From: Alphaproteobacteria bacterium
Lineage (GTDB): Bacteria > Pseudomonadota > Alphaproteobacteria > UBA828
Length of the DNA stretch: 64,000 nt
NCBI GenBank assembly: GCA_965214705.1
Contig: CBDCCI010000002.1
Coordinates: forward strand, 1,440,001-1,504,000
Direction of reading: 5' to 3'
The translations under genes and the position numbers were made by a program. Shown here in pieces: positions 47,873-58,781 of the stretch. A model generated the notes under the pieces. That model was not told the origin of the DNA, made no database searches, and worked only from the letters and a program-made list of their open reading frames with translations. Position 1 is the stretch's first letter. Each line of letters opens with the position of its first letter.

Positions 47873-49495
47873 ATGTACGAGGTCGCTCTCACCGAGGCTT
47901 ACTTCCCGGCGCAGAAGGATATCGACGTTCGCGAGATCACCGTCGGCGGGCTGCTGCGCGAGACCGCCGCGCGGCGTGCGGAAGCGGAGGCGCTGGTCGA
48001 AGTCCGGCAGTCCGGCGAGATCGGACGGCGCTGGACCTATGCGGCGTTGCTTGCGGATAGCGAACGGCTGGCGGCGGCGTTGGCGTCGCGCTTCCGCCCC
48101 GGCGAACGGGTCGTCGTGTGGGCGCCCAACAGCCCGGAATGGGTGCTGATGGAGTACGCCTGCGCCCTCGCCGGGCTGGTGCTGGTGACGGCGAACCCGG
48201 CCTACCAGGTGCGCGAGCTGCGTTACGTGCTGGAGCAGTCGGGCGCCGTCGCGCTGTTTCTGGTCGAGCAGTTCCGGGGCAACCCGATGGCCGAGATCGG
48301 TGCCGCGGCCGCCGCCGGCCTGGACGCGGTCCGCGAGATCGTCGACATGAACGATGCGGCGGCGCTCCATGCCGTGGGCGGGGAGGGACCGCCGGCGTTG
48401 CCCGCCGTGGCGCCCGGCGATGCGGCACAGATTCAATACACCTCCGGCACGACGGGCTTTCCCAAGGGCGCGGTGCTGAGCCATCGCGGGCTGGTCAACA
48501 ACGCGCGCTATTACGCAGGCCGCTGCGGCGTGACTGAGCGCACCACCTGGATCAACCCCATGCCGATGTTCCACACCAGCGGATGCGGCATGTTGACCTT
48601 GGGCTCGCTCCAGGCCGGCTGCCGGATGGTCCTGGTCAGCCTGTTCGACCCGCACGTCGTCGTCGGCCTGATCGAAAGCCAGAGGGCGACCATCGCTCTC
48701 GGCGTGCCGACGATGATCCTCGCCATGCTCGACGCCCACGAAGCCGCGCGCTGCGACACCTCGTCGCTGGAAATGGTGAACAGCGGTGGTGCCATGGTGG
48801 CGCCGGAGCTGGTGCGCCGCGCGCAGCGGAACTTCGGTTGCGCGTTCTCCACCGTTTACGGCCAGACCGAGCACAGCCCGCTCATCACCCAGCACTATAG
48901 CGGCGACACCATCGACGATATCTGCAACACGGTGGGGCAACCCATTCCGCAAACCGACGTCTCGATCCGGCGCGTTGCCGACAACAGCACCGCCGCCATC
49001 GACGAGATCGGCGAAATCTGCGCCCGCGGGCCGAGCGTCATGCTGGGGTATCACGACAACGAGGCGGCGACGGCCGAGGCCATCGACGCCGATGGCTGGC
49101 TCCACACGGGCGACCTCGGGCGCATGGATGCGCGCGGCTACGTCACGATCACCGGCCGGGTGAAGGAGATGATCATCCGTGGCGGCGAGAACCACTTTCC
49201 AGCCGAGATCGAGAACGTCCTGCTCGAGCATGCAAGCGTGGCCGAGGTCGCCGTGGTCGGCCTGCCCGACGAGACCTGGGGCGAGGTGATCGCCGCCTTC
49301 GTTCGCACCGAAGGCGGGCGGGAGGTGGACAGGGACGCCCTGCATGCTCATTGCCGCGCGAGCCTTTCGCCCCAGAAGACGCCGACGGTCTGGAGCCGTG
49401 TCGACGCGTTCCCGATGACGGGCTCGGGCAAGATCCAGAAATTCGTGTTGCGGGACGGCTACCTCGCGGGGCAGTACCGAGGGGGGCCACGATGA
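47873..49495 (+). CDS. AMP-dependent acyl-CoA synthetase
   Basis: YTSGTTGFPKG, YGQTE, HTGDLG, GRVKEMIIRGGEN, SGKIQK. Confidence 0.94.
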   Translation: MYEVALTEAYFPAQKDIDVREITVGGLLRETAARRAEAEALVEVRQSGEIGRRWTYAALLADSERLAAALASRFRPGERVVVWAPNSPEWVLMEYACALAGLVLVTANPAYQVRELRYVLEQSGAVALFLVEQFRGNPMAEIGAAAAAGLDAVREIVDMNDAAALHAVGGEGPPALPAVAPGDAAQIQYTSGTTGFPKGAVLSHRGLVNNARYYAGRCGVTERTTWINPMPMFHTSGCGMLTLGSLQAGCRMVLVSLFDPHVVVGLIESQRATIALGVPTMILAMLDAHEAARCDTSSLEMVNSGGAMVAPELVRRAQRNFGCAFSTVYGQTEHSPLITQHYSGDTIDDICNTVGQPIPQTDVSIRRVADNSTAAIDEIGEICARGPSVMLGYHDNEAATAEAIDADGWLHTGDLGRMDARGYVTITGRVKEMIIRGGENHFPAEIENVLLEHASVAEVAVVGLPDETWGEVIAAFVRTEGGREVDRDALHAHCRASLSPQKTPTVWSRVDAFPMTGSGKIQKFVLRDGYLAGQYRGGPR

Positions 49496-50364
49496 CGACG
49501 CCAGTCCTCTACGAACGCGATGGCCGGATCGCGCGGATCACGCTCAACCGCCCGGAGGTGCTGAACGCCATCGACGACGAACTGCCGGGCGCGCTCTCGG
49601 ACGCCGTGGCGCAGGCCGATGCCGATCCGGGCGTCCACGTGATGGTGCTCTCGGGCGCGGGGCGGGCCTTCTGCGCGGGCTACGACCTCACGCGCTACGC
49701 GAGCGGAGAAACCGGCGAGGACGATGGCAGCTACACGGGCCAGGAGATGCCCTGGGACCCGATCAAGGACTACGCGTTCATGTGGGCGAACACCCAGCAC
49801 TTCATGGCGCTCTGGCGGGCGCTGAAGCCGGTGATCTGCAAGGTGCACGGCTTCGCGCTCGCGGGCGGCTCGGACATCGCACTCTGCGCCGATCTCACGC
49901 TCATCGCAGACGACGCAGAGATCGGCTACATGCCGGCGCGGGTCTGGGGCTGCCCCACGACCGCCATGTGGGTCTATCGCCTAGGGCCCGAGAAGGCGAA
50001 GCGAATGCTCTTCACCGGGGACAGGATCACCGGCAGGGAGGCCGCCGACATGGGCCTCGTGCTGAAGGCCGTGCCCGCGGCGGCGCTCGACGACGAGGTG
50101 GAGGCGCTGGCCCGGCGCATGGCGAGCGTGCCGGTCAACCAGCTGGCCATGCAGAAGCTGGTCATCAATCAGGCGACCGAAGCCACCGGTCTCATGAACA
50201 CCCAAAGGCTCGCCACGATCTTCGACGGCATCACACGCCATTCGCCGGAGGGCGTGAACTTCAAGAAGCGGGCCGAGGAGGTCGGCTGGAAGCAAGCCGT
50301 GCAGGAACGCGATGCAGGCACCTACGATTGGACTCTGAACAGGCCGATCGAAGGCTCGGACTGA
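49492..50364 (+). CDS. Crotonase/enoyl-CoA hydratase family protein
   Basis: ITLNRPEVLNA, AFCAGYDL, HGFALAGG. ATGA overlap with the upstream gene. Confidence 0.92.
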   Translation: MTTPVLYERDGRIARITLNRPEVLNAIDDELPGALSDAVAQADADPGVHVMVLSGAGRAFCAGYDLTRYASGETGEDDGSYTGQEMPWDPIKDYAFMWANTQHFMALWRALKPVICKVHGFALAGGSDIALCADLTLIADDAEIGYMPARVWGCPTTAMWVYRLGPEKAKRMLFTGDRITGREAADMGLVLKAVPAAALDDEVEALARRMASVPVNQLAMQKLVINQATEATGLMNTQRLATIFDGITRHSPEGVNFKKRAEEVGWKQAVQERDAGTYDWTLNRPIEGSD

Positions 50365-50499
50365 CCTTCTCTTTTCGCGCTGCCCCCTCCGGCCGTAACC
50401 GTTTCGAAATTTCCGCGTCAGGACATTGGCTTGACGGTCCCCAACCCGAGGGATAGCCTCTTGAAATAGGTGGTCGGAGATGTGGGAGGCACGGAGACC

Positions 50500-51774
50500 A
50501 TGCTAATGAAATCAAACCATAAATTGAGCCGTCGCGGGTGGCTGAAGCGGTCACTCGCGTTGGCAATCGTCGCCGGGGCGGTTGCGCTCTCGGCGCCGGC
50601 ACAAGCAAACGACACCATCAAGATCGGCTTCAGCATGGCGCTCACCGGCGGTCTCGCCGGGGCGGGCAAGGGCGCGCTCATCGCCATGCAGGTATGGGCC
50701 GAGGACACCAACGCCGCGGGCGGGCTGCTCGGCAAGCAGGTCGAGCTGGTCTACTACGACGACCAGACCAACCCCGCGAACGTGCCCGGCATCTATACGA
50801 AGCTGCTCGACGTCGACGATGTCGACTTCGTGGTGTCCGGTTATGGTACGAACCTGATCGCGCCGGCCATGCCGATCGTGATGCAGCGCGGTCTCGTCTT
50901 TCCGTCGCTGTTCGGCCTCGCGGTCAACGAGAAGTTCAACTATCCGAACTATTTCCAGATCATGCCGGCAGGGCCGGAGCCGTTGACCGACTGGTCGAAG
51001 GGCTTCTACAGCGTTGCCATGGCGCAGGATCCGCCGCCGAAGACGATCGCGCTCGTGGGCGCCGATGCTGAGTTCGCCAAGAACGCGGTCAAGGGCGCCC
51101 GGATCCAGGCGGAAGCACTGGGACTCGAGATCGTCTATGACGAGTCCTACCACCCGAAGACGCCGGACTTCACCCCGATCGTCAACGCCATTCAGGCGCG
51201 CAATCCGGATATGGTGTTTGTCGGCTCGTACCCGCCCGATTCGGTCGGGATGGTGAAGGCGGCTACCGAGGTTGGCCTCAAGACCAAGATTTTCGGCGGC
51301 GGCATGGTGGGGCTTCAGTTCGCCTCGATCATGACGGCGCTCGGGCCGAAGCTGAACGGCATCGTGAACTACGATTTCTGGGTGCCGGAGCCGACGCTGA
51401 AGTTCGAGGGCGTCGAGGCGTTCCTCGCCAAGTACCAGAAGGCGGCCGAGGGCCAGGGCGTGGACCCGTTGGGCTACTATCTCCAACCCTACGCCTATGC
51501 GTATCTGCAGGTGCTGGGGCAGGCGATCACCGCCACCAACAGTGCGGATCACGCCGTCATCGGGGAGTACATCCGCAACAACTCGTTCGACACGGTGGTC
51601 GGCAACGTGAGCTTCGCCCCGAACGGCGAGTGGGCGAAGACGCGGGTGCTGATGGTCCAGTACCAGGGGATCGAGGACAACGAGCTCGCGACCTTCACCA
51701 AGGCCGGGACGCGCGTCGTGCTCTATCCCGAGGAGTGGAAGTCGGGGACCGTCAACTACCCCTACGCCGAGTAG
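50500..51774 (+). CDS. Branched-chain amino acid (Liv-type) ABC substrate-binding protein with twin-arginine-like signal
   Basis: SRRGWLK signal, IKIGFS..LTG, NAAGGLLGKQVELVYYDD. Confidence 0.9.
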   Translation: MLMKSNHKLSRRGWLKRSLALAIVAGAVALSAPAQANDTIKIGFSMALTGGLAGAGKGALIAMQVWAEDTNAAGGLLGKQVELVYYDDQTNPANVPGIYTKLLDVDDVDFVVSGYGTNLIAPAMPIVMQRGLVFPSLFGLAVNEKFNYPNYFQIMPAGPEPLTDWSKGFYSVAMAQDPPPKTIALVGADAEFAKNAVKGARIQAEALGLEIVYDESYHPKTPDFTPIVNAIQARNPDMVFVGSYPPDSVGMVKAATEVGLKTKIFGGGMVGLQFASIMTALGPKLNGIVNYDFWVPEPTLKFEGVEAFLAKYQKAAEGQGVDPLGYYLQPYAYAYLQVLGQAITATNSADHAVIGEYIRNNSFDTVVGNVSFAPNGEWAKTRVLMVQYQGIEDNELATFTKAGTRVVLYPEEWKSGTVNYPYAE

Positions 51775-51812
51775 CCAGCGCTCCCGAGAGGAGCCTGACA
51801 GCGACTGCCAAT

Positions 51813-51852
51813 GGGAATGTCATCCCGCCGCATTCGACGGGATGACATTTCC
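51813..51852 (+). other. Intercistronic hairpin after the SBP gene
   Basis: GGAATGTCATCCCG...CGGGATGACATTTCC inverted repeat. Confidence 0.6.
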
Positions 51853-51876
51853 TATTACCGGTAGGACGGCCAGCGG

Positions 51877-52749
51877 TTGTTCTCCGTCGAACTCCTAGTG
51901 AATGCGCTGATCGCCGGCGTGCTGCTCGGCGGATTCTATGCCGCGGTCAGCCTCGGGCTGACGGTCTCCTTCGGGCAGCTCAACATCGTCAACATCGCCC
52001 ATCCGGCATTCATCATCCTGGGCTCGTACATCGCCTACATGTGCAACAGCCTGTGGGGGCTGGATCCGATCCTGACGGGAATCATATTCATTCCCGTGTT
52101 CTTCCTGATCGGAGCCGGGGCTTACCGGCTTTACTACGAGAGTTTCGAGCGCAAGGACGACGAGGCGCTGCGCGGCCTCGCCTTCTTCTTCGGCGTCATG
52201 TTCATCATCGAGGTCGCGCTCATCATGGTTTACGGCGTGGATTTCCGCACCGTGCAGGCGTCCTACATCGGGCAAAGCTGGAAGGCCGGCGGGATCGGGG
52301 TGCCGACCCGCATGTTCGTGCCGTTTTGCGTCGCCATCGCCATGTTCACCGCGGTCTATCTCTACATGTCGCGCACCTTCAACGGCCGCGCCATCAAGGC
52401 CGTGGCGCAGGATCGGCTCGCGCTGCAGCTCATGGGCGCCGATCCGGTCAAGATCAAGCAGCTCGGCTTCGGTATCAGCATCGGGACCGCCGCGCTGGCG
52501 GGTGCGCTGCTGATCATCATCATTCCGGTCGAGCCGTCGGTTGGCCGGCTCTATATCGGCCAGGTGTTCGCGATCGCCGTCCTCGCCGGGCTCGGATCGA
52601 TCCCCGGCACCCTCGTTGCAGGACTCATCCTCGGCATCGCCGAGAGCCTGGTCTCGACCTTCTTCGGCCCGTCATGGGCGCCCGCCGTGGCCTTCGGCAT
52701 CCTGCTGGCGGCCCTGGCCTTCCGGCCACAAGGACTGTTCGGCCGATGA
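51877..52749 (+). CDS. Liv-type ABC permease (LivH-like)
   Basis: GLTVSFGQLNIVNIAH, GRAIKAVAQD, FRPQGLFG. Confidence 0.92.
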   Translation: MFSVELLVNALIAGVLLGGFYAAVSLGLTVSFGQLNIVNIAHPAFIILGSYIAYMCNSLWGLDPILTGIIFIPVFFLIGAGAYRLYYESFERKDDEALRGLAFFFGVMFIIEVALIMVYGVDFRTVQASYIGQSWKAGGIGVPTRMFVPFCVAIAMFTAVYLYMSRTFNGRAIKAVAQDRLALQLMGADPVKIKQLGFGISIGTAALAGALLIIIIPVEPSVGRLYIGQVFAIAVLAGLGSIPGTLVAGLILGIAESLVSTFFGPSWAPAVAFGILLAALAFRPQGLFGR

Positions 52750-53720
52750 AGTGGCCTGCGCTGAAGCTCTCGCCCTTCTGGTTCTGCGCCGCCGCCATCG
52801 CGCTGCTCGGCATCGCGGTGACGATCTTCGACCTGTTCAACATCAACACCTTCATCTTCTTCGCGGGCTATGTGGTCCTGCAATACGTAGTTCTCGCGAC
52901 CGCCTGGAACATCATGGGCGGCTACATGGGGTACGTGAATTTCGGCACCGCCGGCTTCTTCGCGGTCGGCGCCTATGCCTCCGTCGTGCTCTACAACCTC
53001 TTCCAGGCGCCGTTGGCTCTGATGATCCCCTTCGCGGGCGTGGTCTGCGCCCTGCTCGGGCTCGCCATGGGCTACCTGACGCTGCGCCTGCGCGGTGTCT
53101 TCTTCGCCATCGCCACCCTCGCGATGGCCATCGTCCTCGAGACGCTCATCATCAATTGGGAGTTCGTGGGCGGCGCCACCGGCGCCTACATCCTGCGCTC
53201 GCGCGAGCAGGCGCCGTTCGGCGACTACATCGAGTTCCTGTTCTTCGTGATGCTCCTGCTCGCGATCTTTGCCGTCTCGGTCGCGCGCTGGCTCGAGCTG
53301 TCGAGGACGGGGCGCGGCTTCATCGCCATTCGCGACGATGAGATTGCCGCCGAATGTGCCGGCGTTCCGACGCTCAGGCTCAAGCTGATCGCGACGACGG
53401 TTTCCGGATTCCTGATGGGTGTCGCCGGTGCGCCGTTCGCGCTCTACGTGAGCTTTATCGAGCCGTCTTCGGCGTTCAATCTCATCTATGCGGTGAACGC
53501 CATCGCGATGCCGATGATCGGCGGCGCCACCACGTGGCTCGGCCCGGTGATCGGCGCTCTGTTGCTCGGCACCGTTCAGCAGGTCGCCACGGTGACGATT
53601 TCCTCGGAGCTCAACCTCTTGATCGTGGGCATCGTCCTGGTGTTCTTCGTGATCGTGGCCCCGGAAGGGATCGTCGGGCTGCTCAAGAAGTGGTTGGGAG
53701 GCCGTCGCGATGACCGCTGA
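52746..53720 (+). CDS. Liv-type ABC permease (LivM-like)
   Basis: WNIMGGYMGYVNFG, RLRGVFFAIATL, AIRDDEIAA, PEGIVG. ATG at 52746. Confidence 0.92.
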   Translation: MKWPALKLSPFWFCAAAIALLGIAVTIFDLFNINTFIFFAGYVVLQYVVLATAWNIMGGYMGYVNFGTAGFFAVGAYASVVLYNLFQAPLALMIPFAGVVCALLGLAMGYLTLRLRGVFFAIATLAMAIVLETLIINWEFVGGATGAYILRSREQAPFGDYIEFLFFVMLLLAIFAVSVARWLELSRTGRGFIAIRDDEIAAECAGVPTLRLKLIATTVSGFLMGVAGAPFALYVSFIEPSSAFNLIYAVNAIAMPMIGGATTWLGPVIGALLLGTVQQVATVTISSELNLLIVGIVLVFFVIVAPEGIVGLLKKWLGGRRDDR

Positions 53721-54424
53721 CGCGCTGCTCGACGTACGCGCCGTCACCAAGCGGTTCGGCGGCTTCACGGCGCTGGACCAGATCGACATGGAGGTGAGGG
53801 CGGGCGAGCGCTTCGGCTTGATCGGACCCAACGGCTCCGGCAAGACCACCATGATCAACTGCATCTCGGGGACGCTTGCGAACGAGGGCGGCGAGATCGT
53901 CTTCAAGGGCGTCAAGCTCGACGGCAAGAAGCCCCATCAACGCACGCGGCTGGGCATCGCGCGCTCGTTCCAGATTCCCAAGCCGTTCCGCTCGCTCACG
54001 GTGCTGGAGAACTTAGGAATCGCGCTCGAATTCGCAACCGGCACCAGCCGGTCTGAGGTTCAGGAGCGCGGCATGGCGATCCTGGAGACGATCGGGCTTG
54101 CGGAGCGCGCCCGCGCGAACGCCGGGTCGCTCACGCAAATCGACATGCGCAAGCTGGAGCTCGCGCGCGCGATGGCGACTCAGCCCGAGCTGCTGATTTC
54201 CGATGAAGCGATGGCCGGCCTCTCCTCCACCGAGGTCGACGATATCCTCGATATTCTGTTCAAGCTGAACGAGGGCGGCATCACGATCATCATGATCGAG
54301 CACATCATGCGGGCGGTGATGCGGTTCTCGACGCGCATCGTGGTGTTGGACGCAGGTCGCAAGATCGCGGAGGGCAATCCCGACGAGATCGTCAACGACC
54401 CCGAAGTCGAGAGGGCCTATCTCG

Positions 54425-54432
<8 letters not shown>
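53710..54432 (+). CDS. Liv-type ABC ATP-binding protein (LivG-like)
   Basis: GPNGSGKTT, IARSFQ, IEHIM, V.RAYLG. Confidence 0.93.
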
Positions 54433-55156
<724 letters not shown>

Positions 55157-55285
55157 GACGAGCACCGGTAACACGTCGCCCACACCGTTGCCGCAAGGGA
55201 CGCCCTGACATACGCTTGCCGGCCCCGGCTGCCGTCTGGTCCGACCATTGCGGCGGCTTGCCAGCCCTCAACATGGAGACGCAGC

Positions 55286-56683
55286 ATGTCGCTCGATCAG
55301 GCCCAAAACATCTCGCTGGAGGAGCTCGACAAGCAGGTCCTGCTCCACCCGGTCACCTCCATCGCCGAGCATCAAGACGCAGGCCCCGTCATCTACGGCA
55401 AGAGCGGTGGGGTGAAGGTCTACGACCGCCAGGGCAAGGGTTACATCGACGCAGCAGCGGCGCTCTGGTGCGTCAACATCGGCTACGGGCGGACGAAGCT
55501 TGCCGAGGTCGCGGCCGAGGAGATGGCGCGCATCGGCTTCTTCCATACCTTCGGCGCCGCCTCCAACGAGCCGCAGATCAGGCTCGCCGAGAAGCTGCTC
55601 TCTCTGCTGCACGAGCACGCCGACTGCCACCACATCGGCAAGGTGTTCTTCGGGCTTTCGGGCTCCGACGGCAACGACACCCAGTTCAAGCTGGTACGCT
55701 ATTACAACAACCTACGCGGCCGGCCCGAGAAGAAGAAAATCATCTCGCGCCTCGGCGCCTATCACGGCGTCACCGGCGCGGCGGGCAGCCTCACCGGCAT
55801 CCCGCTCTACCACAAGGCCTTCGACCTGCCCTTCGAGGGCGTGCTCCACACCGACTGCCCGCACTACTGGCGGGAAGGCCTGGAGGGCGAGAGCGAAGAG
55901 GAGTTCGCCGACCGCACGGCCGCATCGCTCGAAGCCATGATCGAGCGGGAAGGGCCCGAGACCATCGCGGCCTTCATCGCGGAGCCGGTGATGGGCACCG
56001 GAGGCGTGATCATTCCGGGTGGCGGCTACTACGACAAGGTGCAGGCGATCCTCAAGAAGCACGATATCCTCTTCATCACGGACGAGGTGATCTGCGGCTT
56101 CGGACGGCTCGGCACCTGGTTCGGCGCGAGCTACTTCGGGCTCAAGCCCGACATGATGACCTTCGCCAAGGGGCTCACCAGCGCCTACTTCCCGATGTCG
56201 GCGGTCGCGATATCGGACGAGGTCTGGCAGGTGCTGGCGGACGGCACGGCCGAGGTCGGCATGTTCGCCCACGGCTTCACCTATTCGGGCCATCCGGTGG
56301 GCGGCGCCGTCGGCCTCGCCAACCTGGAGATCATGGAGTCCGAGAACCTGGTCGCCAACGCGGCCGAGGTCGGCCCCTACTTCAAGCAGTGCCTGATCGA
56401 GCGGGTGGGCGATCACCCCAACGTGGGCGACATCCGCGGCGCGGGCCTCATGCTGGGCGTTGAGTACGCCGCCGAGCGCGGAAGCAAGGCCGCGCCGGAC
56501 ATGACTCCGCCGGCCCATCGGCGCGTCTCGGCCGCAGCGCAAGAGCGCGGAATGCTCACCCGAGCGCTGCCGTTCCTGCCGGTCAACGCCTTCTCGCCGC
56601 CGCTCACCTTCTCGCGGGACGATGTCGACGAGACCGTCGGCATCTTCGGCGAAGCCGTAGAAAGCGTCTTCGGCAAGGGCTGA
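55286..56683 (+). CDS. Class III (omega-amino acid) aminotransferase
   Basis: [45 protein letters not shown]. Confidence 0.93.
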   Translation: MSLDQAQNISLEELDKQVLLHPVTSIAEHQDAGPVIYGKSGGVKVYDRQGKGYIDAAAALWCVNIGYGRTKLAEVAAEEMARIGFFHTFGAASNEPQIRLAEKLLSLLHEHADCHHIGKVFFGLSGSDGNDTQFKLVRYYNNLRGRPEKKKIISRLGAYHGVTGAAGSLTGIPLYHKAFDLPFEGVLHTDCPHYWREGLEGESEEEFADRTAASLEAMIEREGPETIAAFIAEPVMGTGGVIIPGGGYYDKVQAILKKHDILFITDEVICGFGRLGTWFGASYFGLKPDMMTFAKGLTSAYFPMSAVAISDEVWQVLADGTAEVGMFAHGFTYSGHPVGGAVGLANLEIMESENLVANAAEVGPYFKQCLIERVGDHPNVGDIRGAGLMLGVEYAAERGSKAAPDMTPPAHRRVSAAAQERGMLTRALPFLPVNAFSPPLTFSRDDVDETVGIFGEAVESVFGKG

Positions 56684-56707
56684 GCCCTCGTTCATAGGGG
56701 CTCCGCC

Positions 56708-58780
56708 GTGGGATTTCGCATCTCCGTCGATACCGGCGGCACCTTTACCGATGTCGTGGCCGGGGGCGACGGGCGGGAGGTGGTGGGCAAGGCACCGACC
56801 ACGCCCGACCGCATCTTTGTCGGCATGCAGGGCGCGCTGGAGAACGCGGCCGAGCAGTTGGACCTGAGCCTGCCTGCGCTGCTCGGCGAGACCGATCTCC
56901 TGATCTACGGCACGACGCGGGCCACCAACGCGATCGTGCAGGGCGCGGTCGCCAAGACCGCGTTCCTGGTCACCGCCGGCTTCCCCGACATCCTTGTGCT
57001 CAAGGAAGGCGGCAAGCACGGGGTCCACGACTTCGAGACCGACTACCCGGACCCCTACATCCCGCAGGCCCACACCTTCGAGATCGACGAGCGCATCGAC
57101 TCCGAGGGCGGAGTGGTGACGCCGCTCGACCGTGAGCAGGCCCGCGCGGCGCTTGCGCTGGTCGAGGAGCGGGGCTTCGAGGCGGTCGCCGTGTGCCTGC
57201 TGTGGGCGGTCGCGAACCCGGCGCATGAGCAGGCGCTCGCCGCGCTGATCGAGGAGGTGCTGCCCTGCGTCCCCTACACGCTCTCGCACCGGCTGATCCC
57301 CATCGTGCGCGAGTACCGGCGCGCGTCGGCCACCGCCATCGATGCCTCGCTCAAGCCACTCATGCAGGCGCACCTCCAGGGCATGGAGGACGACCTGCGC
57401 GCTGCCGGATGCAAGGGGGAGATTTTGGTGAGCACCTCCGTTGGCGGCTGCATGCACGTGGACGAGCTGGTCGAGCGCCCCATCCACACGGTCAAGTCGG
57501 GCCCCGCCATGGCGCCGGTGGCGGCGCTGGCCTACTCGCAGATGGAAGGCTTCGGCGACGATGTGATCGTCTGCGATACGGGCGGCACCACCTTCGATGT
57601 CGGCCTGGTTCGCGACGGTGCGGTAAAGCAGACCCGCGAGACCTGGATCGGCGGTCTGTGGACCGGCCATATCCTCGCAATCTCTTCGGTCGACGTGCGC
57701 AGCATCGGCGCGGGCGGCGGCTCCATCGCCTGGATCGATCCGGGCGGCCTGCTCCGGGTGGGCCCCCGCAGCGCCGGCGCGGTGCCGGGGCCTGCCTGCT
57801 ACGGCGCGGGCGGCACCGAGCCCACGGTCACCGATGCGGCCTTGCTCCTGGGTTATCTCGACCCCGACTACTTCCTCGGCGGCAGGCTCGCGCTCGACGA
57901 AGGCGCGGCGCGGCGTGCGGTCGGCGCGCTCGCCGATCGGCTGGGCAAGTCCTTGGACGACGGGGCGCACGCCATCATGAGCCTCGCCAACGAGCTGATG
58001 ATCAAGGCGATCCAGGACATCACCGTGACCGAGGGCTTCAATCCGCGCGAATGCACGCTGGTCGCGGGGGGCGGCGCGGCCGGCCTCGGCGTCATGGCGA
58101 TCGCGGGCGAGCTCGGCTGCGACAGGGTGATCCTGCCGCGCACCGCCGCCGTGCTCAGCGCCTGCGGAATGCAGGTCTCCGACGTGATTCACGAGCACTC
58201 GGCGAGCATGGTCACGCGCTCAGCCGGCTTCGACTTCGAAGGCGTGAACGCCGTGCTCGAGTCGATCGACGCCGAGCTCGAGCGCTTCGCTGCGACGCTG
58301 GGCGAGCGCGGCCTCGAGACCATGCGGATCGAGCGCTTCGTCGAGGCGCGCTACCTGTTCCAGGTGTGGGAGCTCGACGTGGCGCTGCCGGTCGAGCGCT
58401 TCGAGAACGAGCACGACGTGGCCGCGCTGGTGGAGCGCTTCCACGCCACGCACGAGCAGGTCTTCGCCGTGCGCGATCCCGACAGCATCCTCGAATGCCT
58501 CAATTGGAAGGGGCGGGTCTCCGTCGGCCTCGACGCAGCCGCCCGCCCGCCGTCGATCGCCGGCGCCGGCGGGCCGCCGGAGGCCGACAGCCGCCGGCCC
58601 GCCTATTTCGGTGGCGGTGCGCGTGTGGACACGCCGATCTATCTCGGCCGTAACCTGAGCCCCGGTGCCGCGATCGAAGGCCCCGCGATCATCGAGGAGC
58701 CGACCACCACCATCGTGGTCGACCCCGGCACGCGGACCTGGCTGAGCGAAGCCGGCAACTTCATCCTGGAGGCCCGCTGA
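56708..58780 (+). CDS. Hydantoinase/oxoprolinase subunit A
   Basis: DTGGTFTD, GTTRATN, SGPA, DTGGTTFD, IGAGGGS, PGPACYG. Confidence 0.93.
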   Translation: MGFRISVDTGGTFTDVVAGGDGREVVGKAPTTPDRIFVGMQGALENAAEQLDLSLPALLGETDLLIYGTTRATNAIVQGAVAKTAFLVTAGFPDILVLKEGGKHGVHDFETDYPDPYIPQAHTFEIDERIDSEGGVVTPLDREQARAALALVEERGFEAVAVCLLWAVANPAHEQALAALIEEVLPCVPYTLSHRLIPIVREYRRASATAIDASLKPLMQAHLQGMEDDLRAAGCKGEILVSTSVGGCMHVDELVERPIHTVKSGPAMAPVAALAYSQMEGFGDDVIVCDTGGTTFDVGLVRDGAVKQTRETWIGGLWTGHILAISSVDVRSIGAGGGSIAWIDPGGLLRVGPRSAGAVPGPACYGAGGTEPTVTDAALLLGYLDPDYFLGGRLALDEGAARRAVGALADRLGKSLDDGAHAIMSLANELMIKAIQDITVTEGFNPRECTLVAGGGAAGLGVMAIAGELGCDRVILPRTAAVLSACGMQVSDVIHEHSASMVTRSAGFDFEGVNAVLESIDAELERFAATLGERGLETMRIERFVEARYLFQVWELDVALPVERFENEHDVAALVERFHATHEQVFAVRDPDSILECLNWKGRVSVGLDAAARPPSIAGAGGPPEADSRRPAYFGGGARVDTPIYLGRNLSPGAAIEGPAIIEEPTTTIVVDPGTRTWLSEAGNFILEAR

Positions 58781-58781
58781 G

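Noticed and set aside
46826-49351. 841-aa minus-strand ORF (similarly 55712-58198 and 61626-63197)
   Set aside because: Antisense to well-supported genes; typical high-GC shadow frames.
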